Positions 55,647 to 64,000 of a DNA stretch of 64,000 nt are shown here, one piece after another. A program made the translations under genes and the position numbers. The notes under the pieces were generated by a model that searched no databases, was not told the origin of the DNA, and worked only from the letters and a program-made list of their open reading frames with translations. Position 1 is the stretch's first letter. Every line of letters begins with the position of its first letter. Source of the DNA: Takakia lepidozioides (Eukaryota; Plantae; Bryophyta); contig CM060731.1 in the NCBI GenBank assembly GCA_030704615.1, forward strand, positions 51,336,001-51,400,000, written 5' to 3'.

Positions 55647-56291
55647 CCCTCCGTGCGCATGTGAGAGGCCAAGAGGCAGCGTAATAGAAACACCACACAA
55701 GCAGGCGCTCACTCCCTCTCGTAATAAACAGGGTGATAACTAACAATCATCGCACTTCGATCATCTGACTCAAGTTCAGCTTCGATAATCCAGCAGCAAC
55801 TTTGTTGCTCAAAATTGCTGAGGATGCTCATGTTGTCAGACTTGGTGATCAATCATCGTAGTTCCTGCGATCACATCTCGTTTGTGCATTTTCTCGTGCG
55901 CTTGGCGACCCAACTTCGGATGCATCCCACAGCCTCCAGCTCTTGTGGGGAACATCTGACTGGAATCTAGGTTTTCAAGCTCGTGATTCAGTGATTCAAA
56001 CTGGGCAGCGAGGAAACCTTCGCAGCAGCCATCCAGACGGAAAAATCACTGTTGCAGGCGATGAATACCAGGGCCATCCAGCTGACCTGGGGTTCAAATC
56101 TTGGAGGTGTAGCCTTTTGGGCTTGTGGGCTCCTGTGATGAATCTAACGCAACCACGCCTCGAGATGTCCGCTCCGAAGAAAGAAGAAGAGGAGACACAA
56201 AGGGGAGGACGAGAGAAGGACAACTCAAACGGGGTGGGAGGAGAGGAGAAGATCAACAAGTGCGTGAGCGATAGCAGGCACATTGCATTGG

Positions 56292-59200
56292 ATGGCAAGC
56301 ATGGCAGCTGCCACGGTTGGCAGAATTTCGACAGCCATGGAGTCGGCAACTAAATCCTTGTCTCATCCCTCGGTCTCCGCTTCGTCTTCGGTTCCGGTGT
56401 TCCTGCGTCCCTCGCTCTCCCATTCTAAGCTCTCACAGGTGTTGATTTCTAACAGTAGGCTCTTTCATAGTCAGGAGCAATGGCGAGGCTCGTCGAAGGG
56501 CGTGCGGAGGCATCAGCGGGGAGTAGTACACATGAGCGTGAGTGTGGGGACCGATACGGTGACAAGCGATACTCTGTTCGCAGATTACAAGGCCACTACA
56601 GCGTTTCTCTTCCCAGGCCAGGTATCCCTCGCATTTCAAAATTGAACTGGAGATCGTCGTGTGCCTGACGTATGCTGGAGAAAAATAACAGTTCATTGAA
56701 GTCAATACTGTATAGTTCTGCGGTTCCGAGAAACTCTTTCTCATTGGCTTCCAGTACGCATGTTAATTAATTACAGTCATCAGCTTTCTAGACCTCGGCC
56801 ATCGTGAATAGATGCAGCATTCTGAGCACAATGGGTACATCCTTTGAGCCAAGAGCAGCTACATATTAGCTAGCAATCGTTCAGGTAACATGTCTGCTTA
56901 TAGTTTAGCCTGAGATGTCGCATAGATATAACGAAATGTTTCGCTCTTAATATTATTTGCATCTTGTCCGAGCTCGTCCGGTGATGGAGGTTCACGTCAA
57001 TTCATTGGGCTGCAGGGAGCTCAAGCTGTGGGGATGGGAAAAGATGCACACACAGTGCCAGCTGCAGCTGCTCTGTATGCACAAGCTAATGAAATCCTTG
57101 GGTAAGCCATTGTTTACACCAAACACACCAGTTCCAAAATTTCCTTCAACTGTTTTGGAGGCAAAAGCTGTGATTTTGTTTTGTAGGTCGAAGTAGAGAC
57201 TTCTAGATGTGATGGCTGAAAGGCCTGGCTCCATACTCTGTATCTACAGGCAGGCGGAATTAGCTTAGACAAGGGGAAGTAGATGAAATCCCAAGTCACA
57301 ACTACTAATATGTACTTTCCCGTTTGCCTTACTTTGTGACCAGATGAATTTGCCTGTGTATGATTGTGAGCAGGTATGATTTGTTGGATGTGTCCATCAA
57401 CGGACCAAAGGAGAAGCTGGATTCTACAGTTGTGAGTCAGGTATGAGCACTCTTTCTTGTTCAAAGGGCACTACCCATAAGGTCATATATATGTCATGTA
57501 TTCAGTAATTTGCGTTGTCTTTGCAGCCAGCAATTTATGTGGCAAGCCTGGCAGCAGTGGAGGCGTTGAGAGCTCAGGAGAGGGGGCAGGCCATCATTGA
57601 CTCAGTGGATGTCACTTGCGGCCTCAGTTTGGGCGAGTACACAGCGCTTGCTTTTGCTGGAGCTTTCAGGTCAGCCTTTGTCTTCATTAGGACAGTTTCA
57701 TGGTGAAATGCAGGATAAAAATGCTCCCTTCCATGACATGAAACCCACCAGTGTCTCACAAGTTTTCTGCAAATTCCTACTGTGACATGAGTTAAAATTG
57801 GGAACGCTTTTGATCCACCACCAGATGTAATCACCACCAAGCCAGAAAGTCTGCTCAGAGAGGTTCTCCGAAAGTTCCATTTACAGAAAAACCATTTCTT
57901 GAAAAGACACCTTCCTTGTCATCAGAGACATCTGCATCATCATGTCTTTTCACTCTACTGTGTTTACCACGTCCCTCACGAGGGTCTTGGGCAACTTCAG
58001 AGAGTTTCACACTCTACGGATTGCGACAGGGGGATGGACTAAGATGCCTGTGGGGATGGCATCTGCCCAACTTGTACCACTCATGAAGTGGAGACAGCAC
58101 ATCATTTCTTCCTCTTGTGCCATACCTAGTGCAAGATCCTATGAAGATGCTGACATCTTTCTAAAGCAGCAGAAGCCTTCAGCTATGAGAACTCAAAAGT
58201 ACCAAGGGGCTTATCTTCATGAGGCACTGTGTCTAAATGCTGGTTGGGTTTGAGTGGTTCTTTGTTTTCAATTTTCTTCTGTGTTCGATGTGGCCCTCTG
58301 TGGATTTTATGAATTTTTTCTCCTGTTTTTTTCCGAAAAGTGAGGTCTTATGGGAATATGATATGCACATGCATCTGCCTTTTGAAATCCATCTTCTGCA
58401 TTGAAATCCAAGTTATGCGCAGACTTTCAAAGACATAGACTGGTGTTATTTGCAGCTTTGAAGATGGGCTCAAGCTTGTCAAGATAAGAGGTGAAGCCAT
58501 GCAGGTATGCACAGAAGTGTGCCACACTCTTATGCTTTTAGGGGTCTTCTTATTCATTTCCTGTATAGATTCTACTGGTTGCAATGACTGAGGGTCTATA
58601 TGCAATCTTTCTCTGTTTGTACTTAACTTTAGTACTGAGAGGGTCTTTGTTCTGTTACCTGGTAAAGGTTCCCACTTTTCCCAGGCCCACTGGAGAGTGC
58701 TGCCAAAAAGAGATGTTGCACTAATTGTAGTGTGCAGTCTTCTATTTATGTCCGAAAGAACCAGAGAAGATTTTATCCCTGCTCCAGCAAGTTGTCAGCA
58801 GTTCTAGAAACATTTTTGTCTGCCTCCTACTATCATATCTGTACCTGGATGTCTGGAGTACTACTGTTAAGATGGCGTACTTTGAGTGGAATTGTAGGCA
58901 GCAGCAGATGCGGCTCCTAGTGCAATGGTGAGTGTGATTGGACTGGACTCTGAGAAGGTGGCTGCCCTCTGCGAGGCCGCCAATGCTGAAGTCAGTGTGG
59001 AAGAGAGAGTGCAGATCGCCAATTTCCTCTGCCCGGTATGTATTGCTCCCCGACACCCCTTTACTAGTGTGCATCAAGTCTGACTCTCCTCTCATTAATG
59101 TCCCCTGGTTTGGGAATAGTCAAATTAGACATCTTTCCAGAGCTGGAGTCGACCCCTGGAACAAGCCTTCAATGCTGGAAGTGAACCCTTCTTTTTTCCT

Positions 59201-60434
59201 GTGCATGCAATTGGGCGTGTGCATGAAGCTGAGAGTGTAACTTCTTTCAGACTCATGTAGGTTGCTCTAAGCTTGATCTTACCTCAGATAAATTTAGCTG
59301 ATTTTCCTCTAGTTGTGTGGAAGAGTTACTTATTTTGTGGTCAGAATGGATGGTCCCTGAGCTGCAGCATGAAGTTACCACTGAACATGTAATCAACCTT
59401 GGAAGTGGGGTAATGTAGTCGAGATGTGCATGACTTACTTATGTAGAACAGATATTGACCACATTGGAACTGGCATAATCTTGCAGGGCAACTATGCAGT
59501 GTCAGGTGGTGTCAAAGGAGTGGAGGCAGTTGAAGCAAAGGCTAAGAGTTTTAAGGCACGCATGACGGTAAGTCCCTTGATTCTCTGCAATGTGGCCTAT
59601 ATATGGAATAGCAACTGATTTCTTTGAGTGCAATTTGAAAGAAGAATTGGGTTGGTGTGAGACTTGGGGAGCATTAGCTTAGGTTTGGCTGTAGAATCCA
59701 ACGTCCCTTACTTTGCCTTGGTCAGTTGGTGATAATAGAGTTGTACGTCCTATCATTACCAGAGGTGGAGGTGGGCTCTTTGCAGGTCCGGCTGGCAGTA
59801 GCGGGTGCCTTCCATACACGGTTCATGGGCCCAGCTGTGCAGAAACTGGAAGCTGCTTTGGCTGCCACACAGTTAAAGATTCCAAGAATTCCAGTTATTT
59901 CCAATGTGGATGCCCAACCACACTCGGATCCAGCAGCCATCAAGAAAATTTTGGCACAACAGGTAGGACATATTGCCAAACTGATGTCTGTCCTTCATCT
60001 TTCTCCCAGCTGTGTGGTAGTACTAAGGAGCCTGGAAAACTGTGTTTAATTCCAGGTGACATCTCCTGTGCAATGGGAAACCACTCTACAAATCTTGCTG
60101 GGCAAGGGATTGCAAGGCAGCTACGAGCTTGGACCTGGCAAGGTACTGAAGGCTGCTTCCTTGACTACTCTGTTGTGAATTCACGCGCATCCAGTTATGC
60201 CGAATGTTTATGTGACATACATTTTTCTCTTTTCCTAGCCCCCATGTGGAGCTGCATGATGTCTTCTTTTGGCTTCTTTGGCTTGATGATGTCTGTTAAG
60301 GATAGTCTTGTGTCATTCTGTGTACATTCTGCTAGATAGTAGATCTAACCCAAGTTATCTCTCTGCAGGTAATTGCTGGCATTGTAAAGAGAATTGACAA
60401 GAAAGCAGCTGCTGTAGAGAATATAAGTGTTTAG
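56292..60434 (+). CDS. MCAT: Plastid malonyl-CoA:ACP transacylase (FabD-like)
   Basis: Eleven exons; Ser-rich transit peptide, FLFPGQGAQ, catalytic GLSLGEY, ANFLCPGN, LAVAGAFHT, SPVQWE, ELGPGKV and ENISV*. Confidence 0.96.
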
Positions 60435-61627
60435 GTGACCTGGTGCTATTGAGTTACAGTGAGCCCACAAGGTTTCCACATAACTTCCTTGTTACCCAAC
60501 AACAGATGTGGGAAACGGTGACTAGACCAAGTTTTGGCAGAAATTTTGTATTTGTTCAGTGCTTGTCCAAGCAACTCCATTTTGCTATCTGCCTAGTTGG
60601 AGTGGCCAACAACAAATGGATAGATGGCTTGCTCCTGTTATACATTACATTTGAAACTCTTGTAGTGGTATGTTTTGTACCTGTTGGAGAGTAAGATAGC
60701 CTCCTCCATTTACGTTCAGCAGGCTATGAGGAATCTGACTGACATAAGTTAGGCAACAAACTAGAGGCCACAAGCCGATGTCGTGAAGTCTTTTTTATTC
60801 TTCATATTGTGTTGTTGCTGCAGGACATTCACTAGTGTTCTTAATCTTGGCTAGTAATAAGAAACTCCCACCCTCCGAGGCTAAAAATGTCTTTAGTTGT
60901 CAATGCCATTTGAATAATTAAATAATGAGAGGACGGCAATTTGATGGGTTTTTCCAACCAAACCCCCTCTTCCACATTGTATACCAATAGAAAATCATAA
61001 CTGAAGGGCATATCTTCACGGTAAGCTATATAGTAAATAATGCCATTGCAAATAGCTCACTAATGATTGTGTTTGATAGTGTAGCACTAGTGGAATGGGA
61101 CATCTTCAAATAGTAAATGTGAAAATCCTATTTCTCTGTAGCATTCTATGGGCTTGAAACCAAAAAAATCTCATAAGATATTGTTTTTGGTCCACTTTCA
61201 TATAAATGCCCAATACATGTTTTCTTGCAATTTTTCAAACTTGATGAACCCCTCTTGTGATGATAGTGGAGGGATGAGGTATTAGAGGCAATGTAGGGAA
61301 TTCCATAAAGGCCTTGATGTGAAATGCAGCGCAATTCACTTGATTAGATGCCAATTCAATTGAACTAACCCTAATTTGCAATTCAATTGAATTGTAATCT
61401 ATAATTTTTAACGCAGTTTTGTATATAATATATATAATATATTATCATGTATATGTATATGTATATGTATCGTATACACATATACATACGAGAGTATAAG
61501 CTGAATATACATGTTGGCCCGTCTATTCCTGCTGCTTGTCCATCCTTTGCTTGTGGTAAGGCCTAAGTCACGACATGAGTCGCGTAGCCTAAAGGAGAGA
61601 TATATATACTACACATATATACTAGTA

Positions 61628-61875
61628 GAGGTATCGTCATTAGGTTGTAGCCCTGTTTGATATATCTACAGAGGTATAGTATTTCATTTTACAAGAAAAG
61701 TTGGCCAAATTAATCTATATTTATGCGGAGGTATCGTCATGAGACAGTAGCCCTATTTAGTATACCACCAGAGGTATAGCGCCTGACTTACAAAGAAACC
61801 TGGTCAAATCAGCCTATATGCAGGTTGAGGTATCGTTATGAGGTAGTTGCCCTGTTTAGTATACCTACACAGGGA
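61628..61875. repeat. Degenerate ~100-bp tandem repeat (about 2.5 units)
   Basis: gaggtatcgt(c/t)at..gccct(g/a)ttt..ata at 61628, 61728 and 61827. Confidence 0.75.
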
Positions 61876-62276
61876 TTGGCAACGTACGCATTCTTATCTC
61901 TGTTTTTATCCCAGTCCTCGCTTGTTAGATTCTACAGCTGTTCATCGCGTACCACTTGGCTACATGATTGTCTATTGTTTCTGGTTTACTCAATAAGAAG
62001 AGTGGGATAGAAATGTCAAGTGAGTTTTTCATGGTACGTGTCATGGTTGGGTGGACAGGAAGAGGCCAAGGAAGAAGCAGCAGCAGAGCTGACACATTTG
62101 GTAAGGCAACCGTGTCCATCCTGAGTATGAAGGATGTTGCACCCTCGGAAATACAAGATGCTTCAAGTAAGTTCAAAGAGCTTTCTTCTCTTTCTGGTGT
62201 GCTGGATATGTATGCGGAGGACAACTAATATCACCTTAGGTGCCAAGGGAGAAACAAACAACCGGACCCTATTTCA

Positions 62277-62282
<6 letters not shown>

Positions 62283-62358
<76 letters not shown>
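62283..62358. repeat. (TC)n microsatellite
   Basis: Uninterrupted TC run of about 75 bp. Confidence 0.98.
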
Positions 62359-62361
<3 letters not shown>

Positions 62362-62954
62362 TTTCTCCCTGTCCTCTAGGAAGCCTATTGACATTGGGTG
62401 GACTTGAAACGGGAGTACATTAATGTCTCTGTCACTAAATGTCGGCCTTCTGACCTCGTGTCCTTGTTTGTTTCGACCTTAAGCGTTTTGCTTCAGGTAA
62501 GGTAGTGCATTGGATTTAGTTGGAAAGCTTGGGGCCTTTCCCTCTTTAGAATATGCCTACACGGGCCATTCCCTGCAACTCCCTGGAGTGTGATCTCTGA
62601 ATGGTAACAAGCGGACTCCTACCGCTTGGGGGCAGCCCCTCCGCCCAAATTGGGCAGTCGTATGCTCTGTCTAGCATACTCGGCACTTGGGCTCGGGTTG
62701 GTTCCTGTGCTTAAACTTATGGCCTGCGAAAACAATCAAAAATTTAGCTCCTATCAACATCAACACTCCTCAGGGTGATCCCTGGGAATTGGTTACTTAT
62801 GCCAAATCTAGGGCTTCATGTGTAGTTTTTGGGGTGAATCCCAGGATGGACGATGTGTCCTTTAAAACTACATGCTCTACCTTAGGCTTGGATTTCATGG
62901 TTAATGGTACCATCTCGAGACTTGATAACAGGGGTACGTTGAAGGTTGCAATGA

Positions 62955-64000
62955 CCAAAAGTGCTTCTAATAGAGTCCCGCATCAATTCAATCTCAAATA
63001 AGTTCGTCCGTGATTTCTTGTTTGACAATTGTGAAATTATCAACAAGGGTTTGAGGTACGAGCATAGTATCTGGCTAAAACTGAATTTGAAGGGCGGCAT
63101 GAGTACTCTGCTGGACCTCTTTGTCCGTTGTGTTTACATGCCCACAGAGGGGACCCTGTGTGCTGACGCAGACAAGGCCTCACAAGTTTTGAAGCTGGAC
63201 TGTGCTTCGTTCCTTGCCAAAGGTCAGGTGGTACTATTGGGGGACTTCAATGCCTGGGTGGGCAAAGGGATCCATCAGGACGATATCATTGGACCTTTTG
63301 GTGAGGACGAGCTGAATTCTAATGGCAGACGGTTAATTAACTGTCTAGAAGAGCTTCAGCTTTTGACCTTGAATAACAGGACAAGAGGTGACCAAGTGCA
63401 GTGGACTCGTGAGAAACCCCAAACTGGGGAACGTTCCATTGTGGACTATATCATAATGGACAAAATTTTGTTCCCCCAGTGTGCCGATGTGTTGATCGAC
63501 AGAACTGATATTGGTACCTCTGACCACTTGCTGGTTTGGACTGACATCAAAAGGTGTTTTCCCACCACCAAGAGATCTGTGAAACGTTCGATTCGGAAGT
63601 GGCGCATAGAAAAATTCCACAATGAGGAGGTCAAGGCTGAGTACGTCCAGGCCTTGCAAGAGGCTCTCCCTCATTTTGTCCAATCGCTCCAAGAACTTCA
63701 GTCACGCTCTGTTAACGCAATAAATGAAGTCGAAAGAGCAGTGGACTCTTGGGAGAGTTTCGTTTCCTCCGTGGCTGACAAGATCATTGGGAGGAAACTA
63801 ATTGTCTGCGGTAGAGCAGTTATTTGGTGGACTAATGAGATTAAACTCAAGATAGCTGAGAGAGGAGCCCTCTATAAACAGTGCTGCAATTTGGAAACCA
63901 ACAGAGAATTGTGGGCGAGGTACTACCAGCTCCGTAAAGATATCAATCAGCTTGTTAGGTCTCAGAAAAAATTATACTGGGACAAGTTATACAGTGAAAT
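62955..64000 (+). mobile_element. LINE ORF2 with apurinic-like endonuclease, open to the window end
   Basis: Open frame with CVYMP, VLLGDFNA, NSNGRRL, SIVDYII, SDHLLV and WWTNEIK. It is absent from the ORF track because no stop occurs before the window edge. Confidence 0.92.

Noticed and set aside
63345-63692. Minus-strand ORFs near the window end
   Set aside because: Antisense to the LINE endonuclease frame.

Overview
Nuclear DNA of a land plant, most likely a seed-free lineage (bryophyte, lycophyte or fern grade). This is inferred from compact spliced genes, PLS-class PPR genes and an ARK-like kinesin. The first ~19.4 kb is a TE and pseudogene mosaic: PPR debris, CACTA, Copia and L1 remnants, a tRNA-derived SINE, a decayed triple F-box gene and mitochondrial LSU rRNA insertions. 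It is followed by six spliced genes: chloroplast lipocalin CHL (+), ORC1 (-), IPP isomerase IDI (+), an ARK-like kinesin with an IQ motif (+), a PLS-PPR gene (-) and plastid malonyl-CoA:ACP transacylase (+). The window ends inside an APE-type LINE. Main discovery: manual splicing shows three upstream exons of the PPR gene that the ORF track does not join to it. They encode a transit-peptide-like leader and a complete OSB-type PDF ssDNA-binding motif fused in frame to 17 PLS repeats, while the E/DYW editing tail has decayed. A second PDF exon at ~18.6 kb suggests a gene family. Also notable: a young tail-less LINE inserting at TCT sites in introns, a restriction-like-endonuclease (Dualen-like) retroelement remnant, and a foldback made of mitochondrial rRNA. 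All calls come from reading and translating by eye; no database searches were run.
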